From: Alphaproteobacteria bacterium
Lineage (GTDB): Bacteria > Pseudomonadota > Alphaproteobacteria > Bin95
Reading direction: 5' to 3'
Assembly: GCA_963665325.3 (NCBI GenBank)
Contig: OZ224045.1
Coordinates: forward strand, 2,208,001 to 2,272,000
Length of the DNA stretch: 64,000 nt
Shown here: piece by piece, positions 52,353-63,083 of the stretch
Layout: every line of letters begins with the position of its first letter
Position numbering within the stretch: the first letter of the stretch is position 1
Position numbers and translations under genes: made by a program
The notes under the pieces: model-generated
The model's database searches: none
What the model saw: the letters and a program-made list of their open reading frames with translations, nothing else
What the model was told of the DNA's origin: nothing

Positions 52353-53225
52353 ATGGATTTCACCCCGATTTCGGGCGCATGCGGCGCGGAGGTCTTTGGC
52401 ATCGATCTGGAGCGGGAGCTGACCCCGGAGCGCGTGGAGACGCTGCAGGCCGGGCTCGGCGAATACGGCGTGCTGGTGTTTCGCGGTCAGTCCCTGTCGC
52501 CGGAGGGCCACCTTGCCATGGGCGAGGCGTTCGGCGGCGTCAACATCAACCGCTTCTTCAAGGCGGCGGACGGCTATCCGGGCATCGCCGAGGTGCGCAA
52601 GGAGCCTGATCAGAAGGAGAATATCGGCGGCGCCTGGCATACCGACCACACCTACGACATCGAGCCGGCGCTGGGCTCGATCCTTGTTGCACGCGAATTG
52701 CCGCCCTTCGGCGGCGACACGCAGTTCTCCAGCATGTATGCCGCTTACGACGCCTTGTCGGACGGGCTGAAGGCGATGCTCTCCGGCATGAAGGCCGTGC
52801 ATTCGAGCCGCCATGTCTTCGGGACGCGCGCCGACTATGTGAAGGACGGCAGCGACCTCGCCGGCCGGCTCGGCAACAACGAGGCCGCATTGCAGGATGC
52901 CGTGCATCCGGTCGTCATCCGCCATCCGGTCAGTGGTCGGCCCTCGCTCTATGTCAACCGCGGCTTCACCGTGTGCTTCGACGGCTGGACGGTCGAGGAA
53001 AGCCGCCCGCTGCTGCAGATGCTCTACGGGCACGGGAGCCGGCCGGAATTCACCTGCCGGGTGCGCTTCGAGCCGGGCACGGTGGTCTTCTGGGACAACC
53101 GCGCGACCTGGCATTATGCGCTCAACGACTATGCCGGCCACCGCCGCCTCATGCACCGCGTCACCGTGGAAGGCGCGCCCCTGCCGGCCTGGCGGCCCGA
53201 CGCACAGGAGCGCGCCGCGGCCTGA
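52353..53225 (+). CDS. TauD/TfdA family 2-oxoglutarate-dependent dioxygenase
   Basis: VLVFRGQ, WHTDHTY, GGDT.F, HPVVIRHP.SGR.SLYVN, WDNRATWH.A, R.MHR. Confidence 0.93.
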   Translation: MDFTPISGACGAEVFGIDLERELTPERVETLQAGLGEYGVLVFRGQSLSPEGHLAMGEAFGGVNINRFFKAADGYPGIAEVRKEPDQKENIGGAWHTDHTYDIEPALGSILVARELPPFGGDTQFSSMYAAYDALSDGLKAMLSGMKAVHSSRHVFGTRADYVKDGSDLAGRLGNNEAALQDAVHPVVIRHPVSGRPSLYVNRGFTVCFDGWTVEESRPLLQMLYGHGSRPEFTCRVRFEPGTVVFWDNRATWHYALNDYAGHRRLMHRVTVEGAPLPAWRPDAQERAAA

Positions 53226-53241
53226 CCCGCCCGGACCCCGC

Positions 53242-54558
53242 TCAGCCGTAGAACAGCCGTGGCAGGGCGAGCGAAAGCGCGGGAAATGCGACCAGGAGCG
53301 CAAGGCGCCCGATATCGGCGCACCAGAATGGCGTCACGCCCTTGAATACCGTGCTGGTCTTGACGTCCTTGAGCACGCCCGAGAGCACGAAGACGTTGAG
53401 GCCGACCGGTGGCGTTATCAGGCTGATTTCGGTAACCACGACCGCAATGATGCCGAACCAGACGAGAATTGCCTCCGGTCCCAGCCCCGCATAGCCGAGC
53501 CCCTGCACAACCGGAAAAAAGATCGGGATCGTCAGCAGCAGCATCGACAGGCTCTCGAAAACGCAGCCGAGCACGAGATAGATCGCGAGGATGATTGCGA
53601 TCACCGCCAATGGCGGCAGGTCGTACCCCGTAACCAGCGAGAGCAGCCCGGCCGGCAGCCCGCCCCGGTTGACGAAGTTCGAGAAGATCAGCGCGCCGAT
53701 CAGCACGGTGAACAGCATCGCCGTCGTGCGCGCGCTGTCGGTCAGCACTTCGAGCAGCGACCGCCAGCTGAGCGTGCCCCGGGCGAGCGCGATCAGGAAT
53801 GCGCCGCCGGCCCCGATGCCGGCGGCCTCCGTCGGGGTGAACAGTCCGCCGTAAATGCCGCCCATCACCAGTACGAACAGCAGCAGTGTGCCCCAGACGC
53901 CGCCGAGCGCCGCCAGGCGCCCCCGCCACGGGGTGCGCTCCGCTCTTGGCCCCTCGTCGGGGCGCCGCCAGACGACCCATTGCACGGCGCCGAGGTAGAA
54001 CAGCATCCCCACGAGGCCGGGAATAAATCCGGCGGCGAACAGTTCGCGGATGCTGGTCTCCGTCATCAACCCGTAGATCACCAGAATGATGCTGGGCGGG
54101 ATCAGGATGCCGAGCGTGCCCCCGGCAGCGATCGAGGCTGAGGCCAGGCTGTCCGAATATCCGTAGCGGCGCATCGGCGGCATGGCCACCTTGGACATCG
54201 TCGCTGCCGTCGCAAGGCTCGAGCCGCAGATCGCCGAGAAGCCGCCGCAGGCGACGATTGTCGCCATCGACAGCCCGCCCCGCCGGTCACCGAGAAAGGC
54301 GTGGGAGGCGGCGTAGAGCTCGCCGGAGAGCCCTGCCCGCGAGACGAGATTGCCCATCAGGATGAACAGCGGCACCACCGACAGGCCGTAGGAAAGCGCC
54401 GTTTCGGAAACCAGCGTGCCAACCATCGAGAGCGACGGTTTCCATCCCGTCAGGAAACCGAAGCCGGCAAAGCCCACGAGGCCCATCGCGAATGCGATCG
54501 GCATTCTGAGGAACACCAGAACGAGAAGCGCTGCAAAACCGATGAAGACGACGTCCAT
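53242..54558 (-). CDS. TRAP transporter large permease DctM
   Basis: VPLFILMG, GGTLGILIPPS, FTPTEAA, ITPPVGLN. Confidence 0.93.
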   Translation of the reverse strand: MDVVFIGFAALLVLVFLRMPIAFAMGLVGFAGFGFLTGWKPSLSMVGTLVSETALSYGLSVVPLFILMGNLVSRAGLSGELYAASHAFLGDRRGGLSMATIVACGGFSAICGSSLATAATMSKVAMPPMRRYGYSDSLASASIAAGGTLGILIPPSIILVIYGLMTETSIRELFAAGFIPGLVGMLFYLGAVQWVVWRRPDEGPRAERTPWRGRLAALGGVWGTLLLFVLVMGGIYGGLFTPTEAAGIGAGGAFLIALARGTLSWRSLLEVLTDSARTTAMLFTVLIGALIFSNFVNRGGLPAGLLSLVTGYDLPPLAVIAIILAIYLVLGCVFESLSMLLLTIPIFFPVVQGLGYAGLGPEAILVWFGIIAVVVTEISLITPPVGLNVFVLSGVLKDVKTSTVFKGVTPFWCADIGRLALLVAFPALSLALPRLFYG

Positions 54559-54579
54559 GATCCCCGAACCGTTATCCGG

Positions 54580-55140
54580 TCACGCGGTTCCGCGGTCGTC
54601 CGGCGCATCCTTCGCGGCGCCGGCCGTCGAAAGCGCCGTCCGCGCGTGGCGGACGGTGTTGACGACAAGCGCCGCCGCGCCGCAGCCGCTGAGCACGGCG
54701 ATGAAATAGTTGATCGGCGCCAGCCTGATTTCGAGGAACTCGGTCGCGTCGCCGTAGTCGGCAGTCAGGTCGGCGATGATCCAGACCCGCCAGGCCACGA
54801 AGCCGAGCGCGACCGCCATGACCGCGTTCAGCACCGCCTGGCGCAGCGGGACCAGCCGTTCGGGGAACCAGAGATCGAGCAGGTCGACGGAGACATGCTC
54901 CTCGCGAAGGCACACCGAGGGAAGGATTGCGAACACGATGACACCGAGCATGAGCTGCGTCAGCTCGGTCGCGCCGTCGAGAGGGGTCCCGAAGAGTTCG
55001 CGCCCGATGACGTCGATGCAGGTCATCGCCATCAACGCGAACAGCACGAGCGCGGACACCCCTTCCGGAAAGGCGATCAGCCGATTACGGCTGCGCCGTT
55101 CCGAAGGGGGCGTTTCGTCAGGTCGATCCGTTTCGCTCAC
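54580..55140 (-). CDS. TRAP transporter small permease DctQ
   Basis: DVIGRELFGTPLDGATEL, HVSVD. Confidence 0.9.
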   Translation of the reverse strand: MSETDRPDETPPSERRSRNRLIAFPEGVSALVLFALMAMTCIDVIGRELFGTPLDGATELTQLMLGVIVFAILPSVCLREEHVSVDLLDLWFPERLVPLRQAVLNAVMAVALGFVAWRVWIIADLTADYGDATEFLEIRLAPINYFIAVLSGCGAAALVVNTVRHARTALSTAGAAKDAPDDRGTA

Positions 55141-56156
55141 CGCGCCTTGTCATATTCGCGGGCGATCCGGCGGAGGTCCGCGAGCGCTGCCCCTGCGTCG
55201 TAGCCGCCCTCGCTTGCCCGCTCGATCCAGGCGTCTTCCACCGGCTTCATGAGGGCGAGATATTCCTCCTTCATGGCCGCGCTCGCTTCCTGGATCGTGG
55301 TTCCCGCCTCCCTCGCCGCCGCCAGGCCCGCCTCGTCGGCGGCATCCCACTGGGTGCCGGCGAACTGCGACAGCTTGAGGCCCGAAACGCTCATCACCGC
55401 CTTCCGATCGGCCTCCGACATCCCTTCCAGCGCGGCAGGGCTCATGATGAGCGCGAAGCTGCCGTAATAGAGCCCGCCCGGCATTATGGTCACATGCGGG
55501 ACGACCTCTTTCAGGCGGAAGGATTTCTGGGTCTCTATCGGCATGAAGATGCCGTCTGCGACGCCGGATGACAGAGCCTCGTAAACTTTGGGCGCGGGCA
55601 GCTTGACCGCCGTAACGCCGAGAGCCTTGCCGGCCAGGCTGCCGACGCCGCCGGGGACCCGGATCTTCAAGCCGTCGAGGTCCGAAAGCGCCGTCAGCGG
55701 CTTCTTCGTCTGGATGACCGCCGGACCGTGCGACATCAGCCCGATCAGCACGGTGCCGCGGTGTTCGTTCGCCTTGTGGAGGTACTTCTCATGCACCTTC
55801 CAGTAGGCGACGCTGGCGGCTTCGGCGCTGGTGCCGAGGTCCGGCATCTCGACGACCTTCGAGGCCACGTAGCGCGTATTGTAGCCGTGGAAGATCCAGG
55901 CGGCGTCCGCAATGCCGTCGCGCACCAGCGCGAACTGGTTGAGCGGCGACGCCAGCTTGTATTCGATCTTGGTTGTCACCCGGCCTTCCGTCGCCTCGCT
56001 GACCCATTTCCCCCATGTCGGCCACACGACCGAGTTCATGGGGTGGGTCGGCGGGGCCCAGCTGGAAATCTTGAGGACCGTCTCGGCCCCCGACGGCGCC
56101 GCTGCCAGCGCCCCCGCGAGGCAGGCGGTGAGCAAGGTCGCGATACGTTTCAGCAT
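55137..56156 (-). CDS. TRAP transporter substrate-binding protein DctP
   Basis: Signal peptide, [29 protein letters not shown]. Confidence 0.92.
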   Translation of the reverse strand: MLKRIATLLTACLAGALAAAPSGAETVLKISSWAPPTHPMNSVVWPTWGKWVSEATEGRVTTKIEYKLASPLNQFALVRDGIADAAWIFHGYNTRYVASKVVEMPDLGTSAEAASVAYWKVHEKYLHKANEHRGTVLIGLMSHGPAVIQTKKPLTALSDLDGLKIRVPGGVGSLAGKALGVTAVKLPAPKVYEALSSGVADGIFMPIETQKSFRLKEVVPHVTIMPGGLYYGSFALIMSPAALEGMSEADRKAVMSVSGLKLSQFAGTQWDAADEAGLAAAREAGTTIQEASAAMKEEYLALMKPVEDAWIERASEGGYDAGAALADLRRIAREYDKAR

Positions 56157-56282
56157 GGTGGCCTCCCTTTTCGTCGACCGCGAGCGTGTTGGACGAGGGC
56201 GCGCGCGGAATTCGACCGGCCAAATCTTATCCCGGATTTCCCGCCAAGGTCACTGCTTGCGTCGCATCCGGGCTGGCCGTTC

Positions 56283-57113
56283 TCAGTCCCAGGCGGCGAG
56301 CGGCGGCAGGGACATCAGGATGGCGTCGATATTGCCGCCGGTCATCAGGCCGAAGCGGGTGCCCCGGTCGTGGAGAAGGTTGAACTCCACATAGCGCCCG
56401 CGCCGGCGGAGCTGGTGCTGTCGGTCCTCCTCAGTCCAGGGGTCGCCCATCCGCATACGCACGATCTCCGGATAGACCTCCAGCACCGCGCGCCCGACAT
56501 CCTGCACGAAGGCGAAGTCCGCCTCCCGGTCGCCGCTGTCCAGATTGTCGAAGAAAATGCCGCCGAGCCCGCGCGGCTCGTTCCGGTGGGGCAGGTGGAA
56601 ATACTCGTCGCACCATGCCTTGAAGCGCGGGTAGTAGGAGGCGTCGTGGCGGTTGCAGGCGTCTTCGAGGGCCCTGTGGAAGGCCTGCCCCTCGGCCGCG
56701 GCGCGTTCGGGGAACATGGGCGTGAGGTCCGCCCCGCCGCCGAACCAGGCTACGGTCGTCTCGATATGGCGGGTGTTCATGTGCATCGCCGGCACGAAGG
56801 GCGATGCCATGTGCGCAACCAGCGAGATGCCGGAGGCCCAGAAGCGCGGGTCCTCCGCGGCGCCGGGCACCCGGTCCCGGAACTCTTCGGAGAAGGCGCC
56901 GTGCACGGTCGAGACATTGACGCCGACCTTCTCGAACACGTCGCCCTTCATGACGGACATGACGCCGCCGCCGCCGCCCGGCCGCTCCCAGGCCCGGCGC
57001 TCGAAACGCGCGCCGGCAGGCTCCAGCGCCTCGAAGGCGGCGCAGAGCGAATCGCGCAACTCCTCGAACCAGACGCGCGAGCGCGACCGGCGTGCCCCGG
57101 CTGCATCCGTCAC
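56283..57113 (-). CDS. hemF: Oxygen-dependent coproporphyrinogen III oxidase
   Basis: [51 protein letters not shown]. Confidence 0.96.
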   Translation of the reverse strand: MTDAAGARRSRSRVWFEELRDSLCAAFEALEPAGARFERRAWERPGGGGGVMSVMKGDVFEKVGVNVSTVHGAFSEEFRDRVPGAAEDPRFWASGISLVAHMASPFVPAMHMNTRHIETTVAWFGGGADLTPMFPERAAAEGQAFHRALEDACNRHDASYYPRFKAWCDEYFHLPHRNEPRGLGGIFFDNLDSGDREADFAFVQDVGRAVLEVYPEIVRMRMGDPWTEEDRQHQLRRRGRYVEFNLLHDRGTRFGLMTGGNIDAILMSLPPLAAWD

Positions 57114-57201
57114 CGCAGGCCTCCCGCCTCGAACAACCTGTCTCCAATCTGCGGCATAACCATCCGGAAAAGAACGATTAAGGTCCGTGGCCGCAATTTA
57201 C

Positions 57202-57235
57202 GCGGCATCGGGTCGCATAGCGACACGGGGGCCGC
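57202..57235. promoter_or_regulatory. RegA/RegR/PrrA-type binding boxes in the hemF-petA divergent intergenic region
   Basis: GCGGC-N5-GTCGC at 57202-57216 and an inverted GCGAC-N6-GCCGC at 57220-57235. Confidence 0.6.
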
Positions 57236-57302
57236 AAGACATACTCGAATGGGCTATGCGGCAGGCGCCCGGTGTCCGGAGGCGCGGAGGAGTTTTCCGT
57301 AC

Positions 57303-57848
57303 ATGGCGGCAACGGCGGACGGGGCGGGCGGCGACGGCGTCACGCGCCGCGATTTTCTCGAATATGCAGCGGGTGGCATGGGCGCAGTCGGGGCGGCTGC
57401 AGCCACATGGGCGCTCATCGACAACATGAACCCGGCGGCTGACACGCTCGCGCTCTCGACCACTGAGGTCGATCTGGAGCCGATCGAGCCCGGCCAGTCG
57501 ATCACCGTCGTCTGGCAGAAGAAGCCCGTCTTCGTGCGCCGGCGCACGGAGGCCGAAATCAGGGAAGCCGAAGAAACCCCGTTGGACAGCCTGCCCGATC
57601 CGATGGCCGATACCGAGAGGGTGCAGAAGGCCGAATGGCTGATCCTGGTGGGCATATGCACCCATCTCGGCTGCATCCCGCTGGGCCAGAAGGGCACGGA
57701 CGAGAAGGGCGAATACGGCGGCTGGTTCTGCCCCTGCCACGGTTCGCACTACGACACCTCCGGGCGCATCCGCAAGGGACCGGCGCCCGAGAACCTCGCG
57801 GTTCCGCCATACCGCTTCCTCGACGACACCCGTATCCTGATCGGCTGA
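57303..57848 (+). CDS. petA: Ubiquinol-cytochrome c reductase Rieske Fe-S subunit
   Basis: Tat motif TRRDFL; CTHLGCIP and CPCHGS. Confidence 0.97.
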   Translation: MAATADGAGGDGVTRRDFLEYAAGGMGAVGAAAATWALIDNMNPAADTLALSTTEVDLEPIEPGQSITVVWQKKPVFVRRRTEAEIREAEETPLDSLPDPMADTERVQKAEWLILVGICTHLGCIPLGQKGTDEKGEYGGWFCPCHGSHYDTSGRIRKGPAPENLAVPPYRFLDDTRILIG

Positions 57849-57854
57849 GTAGCG

Positions 57855-59114
57855 ATGGCTGCGCCCAAATTCGACAATCCGATCGTCCGCTGGATCGACT
57901 ACCGGCTGCCGGTCTTCACCTTCATGCATCACGAGATGCATGAGTATCCGACTCCGAAAAACCTCAACTACTGGTGGAATTTCGGCTCGCTCGCCGGCTT
58001 CATGCTGATCGTGCTGATCGTCACCGGCATCGTGCTGGCGATGAACTACACGCCGCATGTGGACCATGCGTTCGACAGCGTGGAGCGGATCCGCCGCGAT
58101 GTGCCCTTCGGGTGGCTGGTGCAGTTCATCCACATGAACGGCGCATCCTTCTTCTTCATCGTCGTCTATATCCATATCTTCCGCGGGATCTATTACGGCT
58201 CCTACAAGTCGCCGCGGGAGATTCTCTGGATCCTCGGCGTCGTCATCATGCTGCTGATGATGGCGACGGCCTTCATGGGCTACGTGCTGCCCTGGGGTCA
58301 GATGAGTTTCTGGGGCGCCACGGTCATCACCAACCTGTTCTCGGCGATCCCGCTGGTCGGCGAGCATATCGTGAGCTGGCTCTGGGGCGGCTTCGCGGTC
58401 GATAACCCGACGCTCAACCGGTTCTACTCGCTGCACTACCTGTTGCCCTTCGTGATCGTCGGCGTCGTGGTGCTGCATGTGGTGGCGCTGCACACCCACG
58501 GCTCCAACAACCCGCTCGGCATCGAGCTTCGCGGCAAGCAGGACAGCATCCCGTTCCATCCCTACTACACGGTCAAGGACTTCTTCGGCCTCGGGCTGTT
58601 CCTGACGATCTTCTGCCTGTTCGTGTTCTTCGCGCCCGACTATCTGGGCCATCCCGACAACTATGTGCCGGCGAACCCCCTGGTCACGCCGCCGCATATC
58701 GTGCCGGAATGGTATTTCCTGCCCTTCTACGCGATCTTGCGCGCCATTCCCGACAAGCTGCTCGGCGTCGTCGCCATGTTCGCCGCGATCGCGGTGCTGT
58801 TCATCCTGCCCTGGCTCGACCGCTCGCCAGTGCGCAGCGCCCGCTTCCGCCCGATCTACAAGCAGGTGTTCTGGCTGCTGGTGATTGACTGCCTGGTGCT
58901 TGGATATATCGGCGCCAAGCCGGCGGAAGGCTGGTACATCCATATCGGGCGCCTCGCCACGGTCTACTATTTCGCGCACTTCCTGGTCATCCTGCCCCTG
59001 CTCTCGGTGTTCGAGCGGCCGCGGCCGCTGCCGCTCAGTATCGGCGAGCCGGTGCTCGGCGGAGGTTCATCGCCGCCGGGCGGCGGCAGCGCCGACACGA
59101 TGGAGAGAGCGTGA
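57855..59114 (+). CDS. petB: Cytochrome b
   Basis: [34 protein letters not shown]. Confidence 0.98.
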   Translation: MAAPKFDNPIVRWIDYRLPVFTFMHHEMHEYPTPKNLNYWWNFGSLAGFMLIVLIVTGIVLAMNYTPHVDHAFDSVERIRRDVPFGWLVQFIHMNGASFFFIVVYIHIFRGIYYGSYKSPREILWILGVVIMLLMMATAFMGYVLPWGQMSFWGATVITNLFSAIPLVGEHIVSWLWGGFAVDNPTLNRFYSLHYLLPFVIVGVVVLHVVALHTHGSNNPLGIELRGKQDSIPFHPYYTVKDFFGLGLFLTIFCLFVFFAPDYLGHPDNYVPANPLVTPPHIVPEWYFLPFYAILRAIPDKLLGVVAMFAAIAVLFILPWLDRSPVRSARFRPIYKQVFWLLVIDCLVLGYIGAKPAEGWYIHIGRLATVYYFAHFLVILPLLSVFERPRPLPLSIGEPVLGGGSSPPGGGSADTMERA

Positions 59115-59884
59115 TGCGAAACAGGCTGATCGGCGCCGCGCTCGCCGCCGTTCTGGGACTCGCCGTCTTGCCCGGCGCCGCCTCGGCAGCCGGGGATGGC
59201 CCGCAGCCGCCGGAGCGGGAGTGGAGCTTCAACGGCATATTCGGCACGTTCGACCGCGCCGCCCTCCAGCGCGGCTACCAGGTCTATCGCGAGGTCTGCG
59301 CCGCCTGCCATTCCATGCGGCTCTTGTATTACCGCAACCTCATGCAGATCGGCCTTTCCGAGGCTGCGGCGAAGGTCGAGGCGGCGAACGCGTTCATCGT
59401 GGACGGGCCGGACTCGGAAGGCGAGATGTTCGAGCGCCCCGGCAAGCTCTCGGACCGGTTCGTCTCGCCCTTCCCGAACGACAATGCCGCCAAGGCCGCG
59501 AACGGCGGCGCATTGCCGCCGGACCTCAGCCTGATGGCCAAGAACCAGGCGGGTGGGCCGGACTATATCGCCGCCGTGCTGACGGGCTATGCGGACCCGC
59601 CGGAAGGCATGGAGATGAGCGATACCCAGAGCTACAACATGTATTACTCCGGCCACCGGATTGCCATGCCGCCGCCGCTCAGCGACGATCTGGTCGAATA
59701 TGCCGACGGCACGCCGGCCACGGTCGACCAGATGGCCGTGGACGTCTCGCATTTCCTCATGTTCGCGGCCGAACCGCAGCTTGAGGACCGGCATCGGCTG
59801 GGCGTCAAGGTCATCATCTTCCTGCTGGTGTTGACCGGCATACTCTACGCCCTGAAGCGGAAGGTCTGGAGCGCCGTGCATTGA
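59111..59884 (+). CDS. petC: Cytochrome c1
   Basis: [28 protein letters not shown]-terminal TM anchor. Confidence 0.97.
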   Translation: MMRNRLIGAALAAVLGLAVLPGAASAAGDGPQPPEREWSFNGIFGTFDRAALQRGYQVYREVCAACHSMRLLYYRNLMQIGLSEAAAKVEAANAFIVDGPDSEGEMFERPGKLSDRFVSPFPNDNAAKAANGGALPPDLSLMAKNQAGGPDYIAAVLTGYADPPEGMEMSDTQSYNMYYSGHRIAMPPPLSDDLVEYADGTPATVDQMAVDVSHFLMFAAEPQLEDRHRLGVKVIIFLLVLTGILYALKRKVWSAVH

Positions 59885-60765
59885 CGGCGCGCCCGGTCAT
59901 CGGGATCGTCGGAGGCAGCGGCCTCTACGATATCGACGGGCTGGACGACAGGCGCTGGATCGCGGTCGAGACCCCCTGGGGCCGTCCCTCCGATGAAATC
60001 CTCCACGCCCGGCTGGGAGACGCCGAACTGCGCTTCCTACCGCGCCACGGGCGGGGGCACCCGATCAGCCCCACCGACCTGGACAACCGCGCCAATATCG
60101 ATGCGCTCAAACGCTCCGGCGTAACGGAGATCGTGTCGCTCTCGGCGGTCGGCTCGCTCATGGAGGAGCATGCGCCGGGCGACTTCGTGCTGGTGGACCA
60201 GTTCATCGACCGCACCTTTGCGCGCGCCAAGAGCTTCTTCGGCGCGGGCTGCACGGCGCACGTGTCGATGGCGGACCCGGTATGCGCGCGCCTGGGTGAC
60301 GCCCTGGAGGAGGCCGCGGCCACGGCCGGAGTGTCGCTGCATCGCGGCGGCACATATCTCGCGATGGAAGGCCCGCAATTCTCGACCCGCGCCGAAAGCG
60401 CCCTCTACCGGAGCTGGGGCTGCGCCGTCATCGGCATGACCGCCATGCCCGAAGCCAAGCTCGCGCGCGAGGCCGAGCTCTGCTACGCGACCGTCGCCAT
60501 GGTCACCGACTACGATTGCTGGCACGAGGAGCATGAGGACGTGTCCGTGGAGGCGGTGATCCGCGTGCTGCTGGACAATGCGGAGCGGGGCAGGGGGCTG
60601 GTTCGCCATGTCGCGCCGGCGCTGGCGGAGCGCCGCGAGACCTGTTCCGCCGGCTGCCACACGGCGCTGGACTACGCGCTGATAACTGCGCCGGAAAAGC
60701 GCGATCCGGCGCTGCTGGCCAAGCTGGACGCCGTTGCGGGGAGGGTGCTAAACGGCGGCCCATGA
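59881..60765 (+). CDS. mtnP: S-methyl-5'-thioadenosine phosphorylase
   Basis: IGIVGGSGLY, FLPRHGRGH, DQFIDRT, EGPQFSTRAES, VTDYDCW; TTG start overlaps the petC stop. Confidence 0.95.
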   Translation: MTARPVIGIVGGSGLYDIDGLDDRRWIAVETPWGRPSDEILHARLGDAELRFLPRHGRGHPISPTDLDNRANIDALKRSGVTEIVSLSAVGSLMEEHAPGDFVLVDQFIDRTFARAKSFFGAGCTAHVSMADPVCARLGDALEEAAATAGVSLHRGGTYLAMEGPQFSTRAESALYRSWGCAVIGMTAMPEAKLAREAELCYATVAMVTDYDCWHEEHEDVSVEAVIRVLLDNAERGRGLVRHVAPALAERRETCSAGCHTALDYALITAPEKRDPALLAKLDAVAGRVLNGGP

Positions 60766-61856
60766 AGGTCGACGGCACCGCCTATCGCAGCATCTGGCCG
60801 GAAGCGGACGGCCGCGCCGTGCGCATCATCGACCAGACGCGGCTGCCGCACCGCTTCGAGACCGTGAGGCTGGAGTCGCTGGAGGACGCCGCCCATGCGA
60901 TCCGCGCGATGCTGGTGCGCGGCGCCCCGCTGATCGGCGCAACCGGCGCCTACGGCCTTGCCCTGGCGCTCGCGCGCGACGCCTCCGATACCGCGCTGGA
61001 AGACGCCCGGCGCACCCTGCTCGCCACCCGCCCGACCGGGGCGAACCTCGCCTGGGCGCTGGAGGATGTGGCCGCGAGGGTCCGCCCGCTGCCGCCGGGG
61101 GAGCGCGCCGCTGCGGCTTTCGGGCGCGCCGGCGAAATCTGCGACGAGGACGTGGCGATCAACTACGCCATCGGCGAACACGGGCTCGGCCTCATCCGGG
61201 CGGTCGCCGGGGAAAAGGGTGGCCGGATCGATGTCCTGACCCATTGCAATGCCGGCTGGCTGGCGACGGTGGACTGGGGCACGGCGCTTGCGCCGATCTA
61301 CATGGCCCACGATGCCGGCATCGACGTGCATGTCTGGGTGGACGAGACCCGTCCCCGCAACCAGGGCGCGCATCTGACGGCCTGGGAGCTCGGCAGGCAC
61401 GGCGTGCCGCACACGGTGATCGTGGACAATGCCGCCGGCCATGCCATGCAGCGCGGGCTGGTCGATCTCTGCATTGTCGGCACCGACCGCACGACCGCGA
61501 CCGGCGACGTGTGCAACAAGATCGGCACCTACACCAAGGCGCTCGCCGCCTTCGACAATGGCGTTCCCTTCCATGTTGCCCTGCCGAGCCCGACCATCGA
61601 CTGGACGGTCTCGGACGGCCTCGCCTCGATCCCGATAGAAGAGCGCGACGCCTCCGAGGTGCGGCAGGTCTGGGGGCAGACGGCAGGGGGCGATGTTGCG
61701 TCTGTCGCCGTGACGCCGCCCGGCTCGCCCGCCGCCAACTACGCCTTCGACGTCACCCCGGCGCGGCTCGTGACCGGCTTCATCACCGAACGCGGCCTCG
61801 CCGCCCCTGACGGCCTGGGGCGCCTCTTCCCGGAATATCCCGCCGCCGCCGAATAG
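60762..61856 (+). CDS. mtnA: S-methyl-5-thioribose-1-phosphate isomerase
   Basis: IDQTRLP, VRGAPLIG, TRPTG.NL, THCNAGWLAT, DETRPRNQG, NKIGTY, FDVTP. Confidence 0.95.
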   Translation: MKVDGTAYRSIWPEADGRAVRIIDQTRLPHRFETVRLESLEDAAHAIRAMLVRGAPLIGATGAYGLALALARDASDTALEDARRTLLATRPTGANLAWALEDVAARVRPLPPGERAAAAFGRAGEICDEDVAINYAIGEHGLGLIRAVAGEKGGRIDVLTHCNAGWLATVDWGTALAPIYMAHDAGIDVHVWVDETRPRNQGAHLTAWELGRHGVPHTVIVDNAAGHAMQRGLVDLCIVGTDRTTATGDVCNKIGTYTKALAAFDNGVPFHVALPSPTIDWTVSDGLASIPIEERDASEVRQVWGQTAGGDVASVAVTPPGSPAANYAFDVTPARLVTGFITERGLAAPDGLGRLFPEYPAAAE

Positions 61857-61872
61857 AAACGGATCGACCTCC

Positions 61873-62952
61873 ATGCCCACCGTTCGCCATGAGAACCTGC
61901 GCGCCGTCGTGCGCGCCGTCTGCGCCGCCGCCGGAAGCATCGGGGACGAGCCGGCCGATGTCGCCGACAACCTCGTCTATGCAAACCTCACCGGCCATGA
62001 CAGCCATGGCGTCGGCATGTTGCCGCGTTACATCAAGGCGCTGCAGGAGGGCGAGCTCCGGGCGAATGCGAAGATTGACCTGCTGGTGGACATGGGCGCC
62101 ATGCTGGTGGTGGACGGCAAGGCGGGCTACGGCCAGTCGGTCGGCAGGCAGGCGATGGAGGTCGCCATCGAGCGCGCGAAGGAGCATGGCGTGTGCGTCA
62201 TGGCCGTGCGCCGGTCCTTCCATCTCTGCCGCATCGGCGCCTGGGGCGAGCAGTGCGCGCAGGCCGGCCTCGTCTCGATCCACTATGTCAATGTCGTCGG
62301 CCATCCCGGCCTCGTGGCGCCCTGGCGGGGCTCCGACGCGCGCTACGCCACCAACCCCTATTGCATCACCATGCCGGCGACCGACACGAACCCGGTGACG
62401 CAGCTCGACATGGCGACCAGCATCGTCGCGCACGGCAAGGTCCGGGTCGCGAAGAACAAGGGCGAACGGATGGCGCCGGGCGTGCTGATCGACAGCGAGG
62501 GCCGCCCGACCACCGATCCGGACGTCATGTTCCGGCATCCGATGGGCGCGATCATGCCGTTCGCCGAGCACAAGGGCTACGGCATGGCGCTGCTGAGCGA
62601 GATGATGGCGGGCGTGCTCTCCGGCGGCCACACCCGCCGGCCGGAGACGGACCATGAGCAGGACACGATCCTGAACAACATGCTCTCCATCGTGTTCGAC
62701 CCGGCGCGGCTGGTGGACCCGGGCTTCTACAATGCCGAGATGGACGCCACCATCGCGCACGTAAAAGCCTCGCCCCCCGCCGACCCCGCACTTCCCGTAC
62801 TCGTCCCCGGCGACCCCGAACGCGCCACCCACGCCGAGCGCAGCAGGGACGGCATTCCCGTGGACGAGGAGACCTGGCGGGAGCTTGAGGCGGCGGCGGT
62901 CTCGGTGGGGATCGACGCCGCCGACTTCCGGCGCATGGCGGGGGTGAATTGA
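61873..62952 (+). CDS. Ldh_2 family (malate/lactate/ureidoglycolate; HcxB/YbiC-like) dehydrogenase
   Basis: ANLTGHDSHGVG, HLCRIG, TNP, LDMATS, HKGYG, VLVPGDPE. Confidence 0.9.
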   Translation: MPTVRHENLRAVVRAVCAAAGSIGDEPADVADNLVYANLTGHDSHGVGMLPRYIKALQEGELRANAKIDLLVDMGAMLVVDGKAGYGQSVGRQAMEVAIERAKEHGVCVMAVRRSFHLCRIGAWGEQCAQAGLVSIHYVNVVGHPGLVAPWRGSDARYATNPYCITMPATDTNPVTQLDMATSIVAHGKVRVAKNKGERMAPGVLIDSEGRPTTDPDVMFRHPMGAIMPFAEHKGYGMALLSEMMAGVLSGGHTRRPETDHEQDTILNNMLSIVFDPARLVDPGFYNAEMDATIAHVKASPPADPALPVLVPGDPERATHAERSRDGIPVDEETWRELEAAAVSVGIDAADFRRMAGVN

Positions 62953-63083
62953 GGGGTGGGAGCCGGCGATCGCGTTACGCTGACTGCGCGAGCATTCCAG
63001 ATGCCATTCGAAGGCCTTCCGGTCACATACGCTGCGAGTTTCCTGCCATTGAGTTCGATCCGTGAAAGCTCTTGGCCGGCCGT

